Origin: a virus
Length of the DNA: 64,000 nucleotides
IMG/VR virus record: IMGVR_UViG_3300036715_002359
Coordinates: 1-64,000 of that record
Reading direction: 5' to 3' (one strand)
This document shows, one piece after another, positions 47,680-58,700 of this stretch. Within the stretch, counting starts at the first letter, position 1; every line of letters starts with the position of its first letter. Both the position numbers and the translations under genes were made by a program. Below the pieces are notes generated by a model. The model ran no database searches, was not told where the DNA came from, and was given only the letters and a program-made list of their open reading frames with translations.

Positions 47680-48810
47680 TTATGCAAAGATAACTAATAA
47701 TATTAGACCAATAATTAATGCTACTATCCCAATAGTTTTATAGGTAGTACTTTCTGGCACAACTGGTACGACCGGAGTCGGTACTGGAGGAACAGGAGTA
47801 GGTGGAACTACTGGAACAGGGTCAGGAATAGGTGGAACAGGAGTTGGATCTACTGGTGGCACAGGTACTGGAACCGGATCAGGTACAGGTGTTGGAGTAG
47901 GAGGAACCACTGGAACTACTACGGGTGCATGTAGAATAAAATCGGGATTGATAGTGTTTTTAATTTCGGCAAATTCTCTAATAGCAAAGAAATCAAAACC
48001 ATTATCAAGAATGACTGAAGTACGAATAGCAGCGTAGCCTTTATCACCCCAATTTGGTCCCCAGGAATTTTCAATAATAATATAATCATTTTCTTCATCG
48101 TATCCAACCATAAAAATAGCATGACGGCCAACAACCCCAGGACTGTTATCTAATAACTGCCCAGGATTATACTGAGCACGATGAGTACTCAATGGACCTG
48201 AAATTTTAAAGAAGTCTTCATGCAAAATCATCCCAAAGTTAACTGGAATATTAGAAGCCAAAGCTACTTTGATATCTGTTAGTTTATCACGATCTACGAA
48301 TGATCCACCAATATAGGCCTGCATTCCTAGAGTTTCATAACGACCAACTAAACGAGTCTTTCCATCAGTATACGCTGCATCAGAGGGCTTGTCATTAACT
48401 GGTTGATCGTATGACCATAAATCTTCAGTACATACTCCATTCTTAGTCATTTCTCCTAAAGCTAAAAAGATAGAAGTTCCTGAATCAGTAACTGGATCTG
48501 TGGATTGACGAACAGCTAAAACACGAGCACGAGCATTGTAATAGACATACAAACGAGAAAGGCTAAGACTGATATTATTCAGTTTTAAATTCATTTCCCC
48601 AGCAGCTACTAAAGAATTACCAACACAAGAACCGTAGTTCAGTTGGTTTTCCATTTCTAGAGTGTCCGCTCTCATATCTGCAGACTTGGGAATTTTTGAA
48701 GTATCCCAAGTATACATTGTTGTGTTATCAGGAGCTATAGATCCAAAGACATAGTTACGTACGTCCTGTGGAGTTTGCTGTACTGTTGTTAGTAAGGTTG
48801 AATAATCCAT
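47680..48810 (-). CDS. Papain-like (C1A) cysteine peptidase with Pro-rich stalk and C-terminal TM anchor
   Basis: Q---GSC, HA---VGY, ENSWG--WG-KGY. Confidence 0.88.
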   Translation of the reverse strand: MDYSTLLTTVQQTPQDVRNYVFGSIAPDNTTMYTWDTSKIPKSADMRADTLEMENQLNYGSCVGNSLVAAGEMNLKLNNISLSLSRLYVYYNARARVLAVRQSTDPVTDSGTSIFLALGEMTKNGVCTEDLWSYDQPVNDKPSDAAYTDGKTRLVGRYETLGMQAYIGGSFVDRDKLTDIKVALASNIPVNFGMILHEDFFKISGPLSTHRAQYNPGQLLDNSPGVVGRHAIFMVGYDEENDYIIIENSWGPNWGDKGYAAIRTSVILDNGFDFFAIREFAEIKNTINPDFILHAPVVVPVVPPTPTPVPDPVPVPVPPVDPTPVPPIPDPVPVVPPTPVPPVPTPVVPVVPESTTYKTIGIVALIIGLILLVIFA

Positions 48811-48811
48811 T

Positions 48812-51800
48812 TTATGCTGCCTTAATGTAAGTTGTAAGACCTGTACGAAGTGCTGTTACGGAAGGTAAAGTAACTGAAGCATAGCCATTTGTTATATCAC
48901 TGTTTAATACGACTGCTGTTGCACCAGAATCAGTACCACCGAAATAAACTCCTGGAGTACCAACGTAGAAAAGTTTAGCTGCTGTTGAGCCCAATTCATT
49001 AGAAGCTTTCCATGTTACAGCTGAATCACTCGTAGTGAAATATGTAGAACCAGTACCAGCAGAAACCATAACTGATGAAGATGAAGCTGCAGCAATTTCA
49101 GCAGCTATACCTGGGTAATTAGTTGATAATGGTAATAATCTACGAGTCCAAGTAGAACCATCTGTTGAAGTAATTACTTCACCTTGATTACTAAAGATGT
49201 ACATACGAGTTGCATCAGAAAGAACCGAAGTGACTACCCCGGTAAGACCAGTAAGAGTGTATACTGCGAAAGTAACTCCATCATCTGTTGAACGATATAA
49301 TCTTCCACCTGTTTGTACTGCAAGAATGACAGAGCTGAAATATGCTGCACAAGTAATAGGTACACTAGTAGAATTAGCTACAATGGTTTTATCTACTGTA
49401 ACGTAATGATAAGATTTTAAATTATCAGTAGATACAATTACTCCACCTATTAAATTATTATATAAAACAGATTTTTGAATAGTATTTCCATTTTGACGAC
49501 GAATTAGTGAGAAAGAGGCTATGTCTGTACCAGTAATATTCAAAGCACTCCAACTATATCCATCACAGCGAGACATAATTGCTCCGGTCATTATCGAAAA
49601 ATATCCATTTACGTATTTAGGCCAGCTGGAGCCAGCAATTAAAGTACCAGGAAGCAAATTATTTAAGTTTTTAATAGTTGCTCCATTATCATAAGACATT
49701 TGGCTTACTCCTATCATCACTTGGCCACCAGACCCTGCAACTATTTGTCCTGTGTTGTATCCTGAGTAGTTAGTGTTGGTAGCAAAAGTTATACCATCAG
49801 CACTAGTTTTTGGGTTACTAGCATTAGTGTTATCAAAAGCCCAAAATAATCCGTTATAAAAAGCAACATATATCATACCAGCACCTGACCCCGTACAGTT
49901 AGTCCAAGTTGTTCCGTTAGAAGAATACGCTAATGTACTAGCAGTATAAGGAATAACGTATTTACCAGCACCGAAAGCTATAGATTGTCCTTTAGAATCT
50001 CCTGGTGTTTGTGAACCAGGATAAGTTCCAGAATTCCAAGTAATACCATCAGAAGATGAATACATCTGAGTCGAGGAGTTTGTAGATATAAAAAATAAAG
50101 TTCCCCCTGGAGCAAAATCTAAACGGTTAACTGTTGTAGAAGGTATTGTTCTGTTAGTCCAAGTTATTCCATCAGAAGACGTCATAACAAGAGTAGAAGT
50201 TACAGTAGTAGCAGCAACAAATAATGTACCTGAAGATGTTATTAACTTAGGTTCTATACCCTGTACGTTATAAGTACGAATTGTCCAATTTACAGAATCA
50301 GTAGAAGTGGCATAGGTATTACCATATATTAATGCTACATAAATACCATTAGCATAAGCATATTGATCATTAATGCTAAGAGGAGCAGCAAAATTATCAG
50401 TAGGAGCAACCGCCGTGGTATTAGTCCAAGCTGTACCATTAGAGGAAGTTGACATTTGAAAGCCACTATAATTAGATGGTAGTATGGCAAAACTACTACT
50501 AGCGGTATTATAAGGATACGCAGCAAACAAAGTTGGTGTCGCTACTATAATAACTGTAGCAGCAGTAGAACCAGTAAAGGTTCTGTTAGTCCAAGTAACT
50601 CCATCTGGAGATGTATACATAGAACCTCCAGATACTGCAGCAAATAATCCTGGGGTTGAAGCATACGTTAAAGATCGGGCTGTATTAGTTACCCCACTAT
50701 GAGTGCGAGTAGTCCATCCGTTAGTTGTAGCAGTATAGTAATTAGCACCAGCACTAAGAACAACGAAAGTTGTACCAGATACTGCAAATGCTGGATAAGA
50801 TGATGGAGCAGAAGGCGTAGTTGGGAGAGCCGTATCCACATTCCAAGTTTTACCATCAGCTGAATAATGACAGGTAGTAGTGTTGCCACTTACAGTTTTG
50901 AAATATCCTGATCCAGGATTAAATAAAATTTGACCCAAAGTAATTCCAGCTCCACCTGGTTGGCCGACTCCAACTGTCCAATTAATTCCATCCGGAGAAT
51001 TGAAGTATACATTAGAAGTACCATTATAAGTGCTAGCTACGAATAAACCATTTCCAAACGCAATATAATTTTGCTGGTTAGCGCCTAGGGATATTGAATT
51101 ATTATAAGTTTGAACACCTAAAACCTGTTTAGATTTCCAATTAATACCATCAACAGAATAAGAAATCATCCAAGTAGTACCATACCATAAGTTAGTTACA
51201 TATAGACCATTACCATAGGCTATGTGGTATATTCCTGAAGCTCCCACAACGGGATAGGTATTCCAGTTAACTCCATCAGTGGAAATAGAAATAGCGTAAC
51301 CACCTAGGGCAGAACCCCCAAAAGCAAAAAATTTACCGTTAGCAGTATAAGACATGATTTGTCCGACATTAGCCACTCCTATACCACGTGCTGCGTTAGG
51401 GTTACTCCAGGTAATTCCTCCGTCAGTAGAATTGCGAGTATAGATTACATTAGCGATAGTGTCTCTTAAAACAACCGAAGTTGAAGTAGAATTTACATTT
51501 ATAGATGTAACATTAATACGCCAGTATCCAGCTCCACTAGCAGATCCTGCTCCACCAAAAAAAGTAGATTCACAAGGAGTCCAAGTTATACCGTCCGAAG
51601 AAGAAGACGCAGATTGTCCGTAAGAAGTCGCAGTACCAACGTTAGATGCTAAAGTATCAGGAGCAAAAGATTCATTTTCTCCTCCAAATGCAATCCAACG
51701 AGCCCCCATCCAAACAACTCCGCAAGTAGCAGTAGTGTCACGAATAGCTCCATTTGATACTGCACTATTTTTACGGTATATAGTGCTTGCACCAGTATTA

Positions 51801-52336
51801 CCGTCAGTAATTTTAAGTTTAGGAAAATTAGTAAGAGCCTGGTATGTCCAAATACGACCGTCAGTTGATACCATGCAAGAATCTAACAATGAAACGACTG
51901 AAGCTCCACTAGAATAAAATGCACGAAACTTCGTACCATCCCAACAAGGAGAAGTTACATATTGTGAAGCAACAGGAAAAATACCTTGAAGAACAGAAGT
52001 TCCACTGGAATCCATAACTGTAATACCAGCAACAGTTCCGCCCGTGAACAGCATAACTGTTACAGTGCCAGCTGTATTGGTAGCAGCACTACCAACATAG
52101 TTACTAGCAGAGCCTAATGGATTACTAGAAGTTGTAGGTAAAGTATTACCTCCAGCTTGCAAACTATTTGCAAACGAGTTAAATGTACCTTGAGCTGGAA
52201 ATTGAGTAGCCAGAATTTTAGTTCCTGTCTGAGCCCAAGTTCCATTACTATTTGATATTACTGGTGAGATTGCAACGATGTCAATGATATCGCCAAAACC
52301 ATATTTTGATCCACTACTAGATGTCGAACGACCCAT
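48812..52336 (-). CDS. Tail fibre/receptor-binding protein with Asp-box (S-DG--W) repeats
   Basis: Many S-DG-TWT repeats; ends YIKAA. Confidence 0.8.
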   Translation of the reverse strand: MGRSTSSSGSKYGFGDIIDIVAISPVISNSNGTWAQTGTKILATQFPAQGTFNSFANSLQAGGNTLPTTSSNPLGSASNYVGSAATNTAGTVTVMLFTGGTVAGITVMDSSGTSVLQGIFPVASQYVTSPCWDGTKFRAFYSSGASVVSLLDSCMVSTDGRIWTYQALTNFPKLKITDGNTGASTIYRKNSAVSNGAIRDTTATCGVVWMGARWIAFGGENESFAPDTLASNVGTATSYGQSASSSSDGITWTPCESTFFGGAGSASGAGYWRINVTSINVNSTSTSVVLRDTIANVIYTRNSTDGGITWSNPNAARGIGVANVGQIMSYTANGKFFAFGGSALGGYAISISTDGVNWNTYPVVGASGIYHIAYGNGLYVTNLWYGTTWMISYSVDGINWKSKQVLGVQTYNNSISLGANQQNYIAFGNGLFVASTYNGTSNVYFNSPDGINWTVGVGQPGGAGITLGQILFNPGSGYFKTVSGNTTTCHYSADGKTWNVDTALPTTPSAPSSYPAFAVSGTTFVVLSAGANYYTATTNGWTTRTHSGVTNTARSLTYASTPGLFAAVSGGSMYTSPDGVTWTNRTFTGSTAATVIIVATPTLFAAYPYNTASSSFAILPSNYSGFQMSTSSNGTAWTNTTAVAPTDNFAAPLSINDQYAYANGIYVALIYGNTYATSTDSVNWTIRTYNVQGIEPKLITSSGTLFVAATTVTSTLVMTSSDGITWTNRTIPSTTVNRLDFAPGGTLFFISTNSSTQMYSSSDGITWNSGTYPGSQTPGDSKGQSIAFGAGKYVIPYTASTLAYSSNGTTWTNCTGSGAGMIYVAFYNGLFWAFDNTNASNPKTSADGITFATNTNYSGYNTGQIVAGSGGQVMIGVSQMSYDNGATIKNLNNLLPGTLIAGSSWPKYVNGYFSIMTGAIMSRCDGYSWSALNITGTDIASFSLIRRQNGNTIQKSVLYNNLIGGVIVSTDNLKSYHYVTVDKTIVANSTSVPITCAAYFSSVILAVQTGGRLYRSTDDGVTFAVYTLTGLTGVVTSVLSDATRMYIFSNQGEVITSTDGSTWTRRLLPLSTNYPGIAAEIAAASSSSVMVSAGTGSTYFTTSDSAVTWKASNELGSTAAKLFYVGTPGVYFGGTDSGATAVVLNSDITNGYASVTLPSVTALRTGLTTYIKAA

Positions 52337-52338
52337 TA

Positions 52339-52650
52339 TTATTCCTCGTAACCGTAAACATTAACTGATACACCAGTCGAGTTTGAGTAAGCAACAATGT
52401 TATGTGTCGCTGCTATCACTAAACCAGAATCCTCTATAATTCCATTTCCATCTACTAATACATCGTACTCAATCCATTCGGAGAGCGCTGGTGTACCAGT
52501 CACAGACAATGCTAAACGCACAGTTACTGCTGAACTATTTCTATTTGTTATTCTAACAGTACACGATGTGGTTTTACCAAAAGGTACAGTATACACTGTA
52601 GTATTGGTAAGTGCTGCAAGATCAGCAGTGCCTAATTTTCCGTTTGCCAT
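52339..52650 (-). CDS. Small tail-fibre-associated protein
   Basis: T-VYTVP...N...V---GYEE pattern. Confidence 0.7.
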   Translation of the reverse strand: MANGKLGTADLAALTNTTVYTVPFGKTTSCTVRITNRNSSAVTVRLALSVTGTPALSEWIEYDVLVDGNGIIEDSGLVIAATHNIVAYSNSTGVSVNVYGYEE

Positions 52651-52659
52651 ATTTGTTCC

Positions 52660-53076
52660 TTAAGAGTTAATGCCGAAGAGTAAACGACCTCTAGAGACAC
52701 CATCTGTAATTCCGTATCCTGCTGTAGTTGTTGGAGTATTTAGTATCTTTGCCCAAGCAACTGAAACCATTTTTGCATCGGTAATTGTACCATCTGAGGG
52801 TATACCGATAGTCATAACGTCTCCTAATAGTACCACAAAACAAGATTGGGAAATAGTAGGAGCGGTGGTAAAAATAATAGTATTTAAAGAGACGGTATAA
52901 TCCACACCTGGATTTTGCCATACACCAGCTAAAGATACTAAAAGATTTTGAGCTGAACCTGGAGTTACTGCTGTTCCTCCAACTTGGCAGGTAAAAGTCG
53001 TTGTCACTCCGTTAAACGTGAATGCGTCTAACTTTGAATAGCTTCCGTATTGAGGTTGTTTACCAATATATGACAT
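52660..53076 (-). CDS. Tail fibre fragment/adaptor
   Basis: MSYIGKQP, GV-Q-PG-DY, F-TAP, PTT-AGYGITD motifs. Confidence 0.7.
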   Translation of the reverse strand: MSYIGKQPQYGSYSKLDAFTFNGVTTTFTCQVGGTAVTPGSAQNLLVSLAGVWQNPGVDYTVSLNTIIFTTAPTISQSCFVVLLGDVMTIGIPSDGTITDAKMVSVAWAKILNTPTTTAGYGITDGVSRGRLLFGINS

Positions 53077-53104
53077 GACTTATTTTACCTTAATGGTTCT
53101 GTTT

Positions 53105-53335
53105 TTACGCAAACGCTGTAATGATTTCACCAGCTTTTGCTAGCGCCCCAAGGCTAGTCAGTGCTCCACCAGCAGTAGCGGCATTAGTACCACCTTGTGT
53201 AACACCGACTTGTCCAGTTAGTACAGAAGCAGGGACAGGTATAGCAATAGTTCCAGTTAATTTGGAAGCATCTACCGATACAATATCCGTGTTTTGTAGT
53301 GGTACAGCAGTGGGTTTATTACCTACATAACTCAT
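53105..53335 (-). CDS. Truncated tail-fibre N-terminal module
   Basis: MSYVGNKP; GGT-A-TA--A---LGAL-KAG followed by an abrupt end. Confidence 0.55.
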   Translation of the reverse strand: MSYVGNKPTAVPLQNTDIVSVDASKLTGTIAIPVPASVLTGQVGVTQGGTNAATAGGALTSLGALAKAGEIITAFA

Positions 53336-53336
53336 A

Positions 53337-53672
53337 TTAGCTCAGCTCTAAAATACTAATTATAACATCAGCAGAAGATGCGACAGTAGAAATAACTTGA
53401 ATATAATCGGTTGTTTCTAATACGACTTTTTGTTCGCCACCAACTATAACTAAAGAACCCCCTACGGGTATAGGAGCGTTTTTTATTAAATAGACTGTCT
53501 TGGTTCCTGAAACGTCAGTAGCAGTTACATCAACGTTAATTTGAGTAGATGGCAAACGATTGGAAACCGATAGTCCGATGATCGTACTTGTTGTTGCGGC
53601 AGGAGTTGTGTACGCTGTTGTAAGCGAAGTACCTACAGCCACTGTAAAACTATTTTTAAATGTATTTGCCAT
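53337..53672 (-). CDS. Small tail-fibre-associated protein
   Basis: MANTFKN...YT-PA...K-VLE--D...S-LE pattern. Confidence 0.75.
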   Translation of the reverse strand: MANTFKNSFTVAVGTSLTTAYTTPAATTSTIIGLSVSNRLPSTQINVDVTATDVSGTKTVYLIKNAPIPVGGSLVIVGGEQKVVLETTDYIQVISTVASSADVIISILELS

Positions 53673-53690
53673 CGTAGTTCCTTTTAATTA

Positions 53691-53937
53691 TTACCAGTAT
53701 TCTATTCTTATTCCACCAGCGCCGCCATTACCTCCACTACCGGCACCGGCTGCACCTCCATTAGAACTTGAAGGGTATGTACTATCTCCGCCACTATTCC
53801 ACCAAATAGTTTGAGTAAGCTGATGCAATGTTAGCACCATGAGAGGCATTAAGAACTCCCGTACCATCAGATAACAAACCTGAAGTAGCGATAGTTGATA
53901 ACCCTGTTACTACTGTTGCTGGAACTTTAGTAGTCAT
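53691..53937 (-). pseudogene. Collapsed tail-fibre gene (N- and C-termini out of frame)
   Basis: MTTKVPATVV...* followed in another frame by GGAAGAGSGGNGGAGGIRIEYW*. Confidence 0.65.
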
Positions 53938-53940
53938 TTA

Positions 53941-54240
53941 TTACCCCAGTGCGATAGCTAAAGCTAAAGCATTACTATTAGCGACTGATACACTATGTGC
54001 AGTAGCAGCTTGTGTTGTTGATGACGAAACTCCAGTATCTTCAAGTTGAACAATACCTGGCACCGAGGTAGTAGCAGAAGGTACTGAAACTCCAGCCCAT
54101 TTAGTACCATCCCAAGACAAAGTAGAGTTAGTGGTAGTTGACCAAATTAAAGAACCTTGACCATCAGCAGGAGTAGGCGTAGTAGCGTTTAACGCTACAG
54201 CCATGTTGGAGAGCGTTAAATAATCAAGCTCTTTTGACAT
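53941..54240 (-). CDS. Short tail-fibre module
   Basis: WDGTKW, AT----GIVQL...AAT--SV, ALAIALG terminus. Confidence 0.7.
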   Translation of the reverse strand: MSKELDYLTLSNMAVALNATTPTPADGQGSLIWSTTTNSTLSWDGTKWAGVSVPSATTSVPGIVQLEDTGVSSSTTQAATAHSVSVANSNALALAIALG

Positions 54241-55367
54241 TATGCTACCCAGTCTACTGTGTAGTTTGTGCTGGTTGGGGGTGCAACATTAAATATAACT
54301 TTAAAAGTATTAACAGTATCATACTGAATACTTGGACGAACCAAAGCAAAAGGTGAGCCTTGTTGCGTAACAAAGACTGGGAATCCTTTTTTGTTCTGAT
54401 TATGAGTAACAGTAAACACAGTAGTTGTACTATCACCAACAATAGTAGTTGCTGTAGCTGTACGAGCAACTGTACCGTCAACTGAAACACCACCTGGAGC
54501 AACGGAGACACCCCCACCAGAAGCTGGGTTAATAATAACTTGATTTCCGGTAATAGTAATACCGTTACCAGCAGTGTAAATAGACGATGCTGAGAATTGA
54601 TTAAACACCAAGACTGTAGTACCAACCACAATTGGATTAACTGTAGCAAGAATCCAGGAAGTTGTTTGAGCAGTTGTACCTTCTTCAATAACGCAGAACA
54701 TACCAGTGGTTACATTGCTACCTGAATTGGCATCACTACGACGAGCCCAAGCCCCAGCAGCTGCGACCCAAATACCATTCTGTGAACCAGTAGTCTGATT
54801 CTTAACCAAAATAGCATCCCCGGAAGTCAGAGTACCTGGCCAATCTCCACCTGTCTGATAGGTTAAACCCGTTAAGTTTACGTTACCAATAGTAGTGTAA
54901 CGAACCGAAGGTTTAGCATCAATACCTGCTGCTGATTGTTGTACTTGGCTGATAACCCATTGACGAGTAGCTGCATCGGAGTTAGAAACTGGATCAGCAA
55001 CGTTAGTGAGTAATTGATTGCCCATACTTACTGAAGCGGTAGGAGCAGTTAATTGATCCAATCTATTAGTACGAACTTGGGTATCAAAGTTGCTAATAGT
55101 ACTAGCAGTTTGAGTACCTGTATGATTACTACGATTAAGTGGATCTACTGCTAAAGCACTAAGAGGAATACCCGAAGCTTTAACAGGGTCCATCGTAATC
55201 CAAACTGTATTAGCTTGGTTACGCATACGAGGAGCGTCAAGTGTAGTATCATAGTACATTTGACGTGGTAATGGTGATCCTGGTGCTGAAGCTAGTGCCT
55301 CCAGTGACGCTCTGATTAGCGAGTTACCCGCTAAGTCAATATCTACTAAGATTAATTCATTTGACAC
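54240..55367 (-). CDS. Tail fibre/collar-associated protein
   Basis: R-NHTGTQ, DAAT, GD-ILVKNQT---NGI---W-R--D motifs. Confidence 0.75.
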   Translation of the reverse strand: MSNELILVDIDLAGNSLIRASLEALASAPGSPLPRQMYYDTTLDAPRMRNQANTVWITMDPVKASGIPLSALAVDPLNRSNHTGTQTASTISNFDTQVRTNRLDQLTAPTASVSMGNQLLTNVADPVSNSDAATRQWVISQVQQSAAGIDAKPSVRYTTIGNVNLTGLTYQTGGDWPGTLTSGDAILVKNQTTGSQNGIWVAAAGAWARRSDANSGSNVTTGMFCVIEEGTTAQTTSWILATVNPIVVGTTVLVFNQFSASSIYTAGNGITITGNQVIINPASGGGVSVAPGGVSVDGTVARTATATTIVGDSTTTVFTVTHNQNKKGFPVFVTQQGSPFALVRPSIQYDTVNTFKVIFNVAPPTSTNYTVDWVA

Positions 55368-55379
55368 TTTGTTTGTCCT

Positions 55380-55736
55380 TTAATTTAAATATGCTGTCCC
55401 AGCAAACGCTGCTGAGAATGTTAATATGATTTGATTTGCATTAGTATAACTAACTGCACTTCTAACTTTACGACCAGTAGAATCAATTACTGAAACACTT
55501 GGAAATTTTCCTAAGCTATGGTCAATAACCCACAAAGTTGAAGCAACAGGTTGAGAAAATGGATAAGTAGCTCCTTGAGAACCAGGAATTCCTTGATCTC
55601 CTTTAGTGCCAGGAACTCCTTGATCCCCTTTAGGGCCGGGATCTCCGGGCAAGCCTTTAACACCGATATCCTCGTTTGTGTTAACGATTTGACCGGGTTG
55701 ATTATTAGCGAATCTGGCAGGATCTCTTGAGCCCAT
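55380..55736 (-). CDS. Collagen-repeat virion protein
   Basis: G-X-Y triplets; W-I-H-LG-FPSV-V-D...F-G-AYLN. Confidence 0.75.
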   Translation of the reverse strand: MGSRDPARFANNQPGQIVNTNEDIGVKGLPGDPGPKGDQGVPGTKGDQGIPGSQGATYPFSQPVASTLWVIDHSLGKFPSVSVIDSTGRKVRSAVSYTNANQIILTFSAAFAGTAYLN

Positions 55737-55774
55737 GTTTTACCTTTGTTAATTATTTTAAGTCAGTGTCTTTA

Positions 55775-58700
55775 TTAATTGATCAAATCATCATCTTCAA
55801 TTTCTTCTGGCTCTTGTTCTTCTTCTACTAAGTTAGAAGCGTGAGTATTAATGGTTTTTAGATATTTACCAGTTGAAGTGTCATGCACATGGAAGATACC
55901 ATCTTTCTCATGAACAAGACCCATAGTGCCAGTAGCTAAAGCATCAAACTCAGAACTTTTTAAACCTAACAAAGATTTTACAGGACGTTCAAATACAGGA
56001 TTAACAATTGATTCAGCTAACTTATAGTGAGTCCACTTTGTGCCTTTAACACCACCAGTTAAAGCTGCATCAAATAGACCACCTTTTTCTGGCTCCAGAT
56101 TTTTAGCCGATAAACGTAATGGTTCTTTTAAAGCACCATTAGACTGAGCAAGAATATCTGCATCAGTCATAGGACTAGCCGTAATAATACCATTATCAAT
56201 TGAAGTTTTAACTCCAGATGCATTCAGGTAATTAAGGAATTTTTCTGTAGCAAAGGTTTGACGTGGCTTAGGCAATGGCTGACCAGTAACGAACTTTCTC
56301 CAGTAATCAGAATTTTCTTGACTCTTAAGCGTTGCAATTTCTTTCAAATTTTTACGGGCATCAGATCCCATTAGGCCCAACATTTCCATATACCCAACGG
56401 ACTTAGAACCTTCTTCACCACCTTTAGTTGGCTGAAGGTTATTATCGTATCCACCAACGTTACGAGCTGAATAGTTTTGATCAGAGGTTTTGTACAGTTT
56501 AGTAAAGTACTGTGGCCCTGTTAATACTTTGCCGAGATCTTTACCAGTCTTTGGATCAACAAACATTTCACTATCGGGAATACCATGCTTTTGTAATTCA
56601 GCATGTAACTCACCAATGTTAGAAGTCTTCGAGAAATTATGGATAAGATAAGGCTTACCTGTTTTCAAAGCAATTTTACCTGCAACAGTTTCCATCAACT
56701 GACCAAGATTAATACGTGAAGTAACAGAGGCTGGGTTCAAAACGATATCAGCTGGCTTACCTGTTTCTTTGTTGTAAGGCATTTCATTATCATTTAGAAT
56801 TAACGACACAATACCTTTGTTACCGTGAAAACCAGTCAGTTTATCCCCAACTTCTAAATCTTTGACGGAACGCATAAGAATACGAATAGCCTTACCAGCT
56901 GTATGCGCATCGACTACTTCACCTGGTTCATCGTGTGACCAAATTTCAGATACTGGACGATATGGTAAAACCAAGGTCTTATGTAAACGACCAAGCATTT
57001 TATCTTCTGGTGTTGGCTCACGTTTTTCTAAGACAATATATACTGGATCACCTTTTTTGAATATGGCTCCGATGTTAGGAAAGCCACGATCATCTAGCTT
57101 ATCCAATTGTTCTCTTGTCCACTTACCAGGAAAATAACGTGGTAATAGAGATTTTTTTAATACAGTAGATGCTTGAATATCGTAATCAACTTTATAAGCA
57201 TGATGACTTGCCAGGCTATCGGCGCAAGTCTTACTGATGACTAATCCATCTTCGTGATTGTAGCCCTTGTAAGGCATGTAAGCGACGTTTAAATTCTTTC
57301 CTAATGCCAGCCCACCATCCTTGGTGTAATTGTTATCTACAAGTACTTGGAAGCGTTTAACAGTGTCTCCAACTTTGACCAAAGGAGCGTCATCGTCATA
57401 AAAACCCTTCATGTTAAAAGGAAGATTTTTAACCAATGTTATAGTATGGTTTTTACCGTCGTCCGTTCCTTTGATAACTATTTTTTCTTTGGAAATAGAA
57501 ACAACAACTCCGTCAACTGGAGAAGCTGTAGCGGAAATAGTTTTAGCCAATTGCATAATAAATGGAACCCCATTAGAATCAACTGTTTGAACCAATGGTT
57601 GTTCACGATTCACTAAAGACAATGCTTGAGGAATAGCTTTACCTGCCATAGTTAAACGGCCAGGATGATTAGAATTTAAGAAAGGCACAAGGTTAGTTGT
57701 AACAGTGTACATGTCAGTAGTATCGGCAAGCCAATAGTCAATGTCCTTAACGTCACAATCCCCAAGTACACCTTTGACTTGAGCTTGAACTATTTTCTTA
57801 CCTTTTTGATGAGGAAATCCAATAGTAGAAGTCATCATTTCGTGTACCGATAGGAAATGTTCTTTACCTGCTTTATCTAATACTCGGCAATAGGTATTAC
57901 CTTCTTTGTCACGACGAGCAGAGATAGTGAAACGTTGATCAATACCGGCATGGCCTGATTCTGGAGTACGACTAGGGTCAATGATACCTAAATGAGACGG
58001 ATCAATATCACGGGCACTCATAGGAACGCCACGCTCATTACCAATACCACCTTCAAGTCCACCGAGAATAGTTACTTTACCAACGTTCTCTAAAGATTCG
58101 ATTGGATTAGTTTCACTCGGAGTAGTAACCAAGTTAGATTCAAGTATATATGATGAGAATAGTTTATTAAAAGGCTTTGATACAACTGTGTTTTTAATCT
58201 TAATTGGTTCACCGGTTTTTTCAGCACGATCCAAAGAATACGCAATACGACTCTTCAAAGTACCAGTCAGAAGTTTTTCCTTTTTGAAACGAGTCTCTAG
58301 AAAGTCAGGTAAGTTCTGAACGCTTTTAAATTGTAAAGAGTCACGATTATCTTCTGGCTTTTTACCAGCATGAACTTCAACCAGATTACGTAAACTAAGC
58401 AGCAAGGCTTCATGAGTAACCGAAGCTATAGGTTTACCCAAAGTAACTTTAGTAGTAGCAACCGAAAGTTGGGAATTCTCTAAAGCTAAACGTAATGCAA
58501 GGATCTTATCTTCTTCACTAGCAGAAGGATCTTTTTTAAATACTAGTTTTTGGTAAAGATCATTGATGATCTTACCTTCTTTACCAGCAGAAGCCGTTAG
58601 ATTTTCATGCCATACTTCACCGGGAACGTACGCCATAATTTCTTTAGGGCCAACATTAAATACTCTACTTAACAACGGAGCTAAAAGAATACGTGAACTT

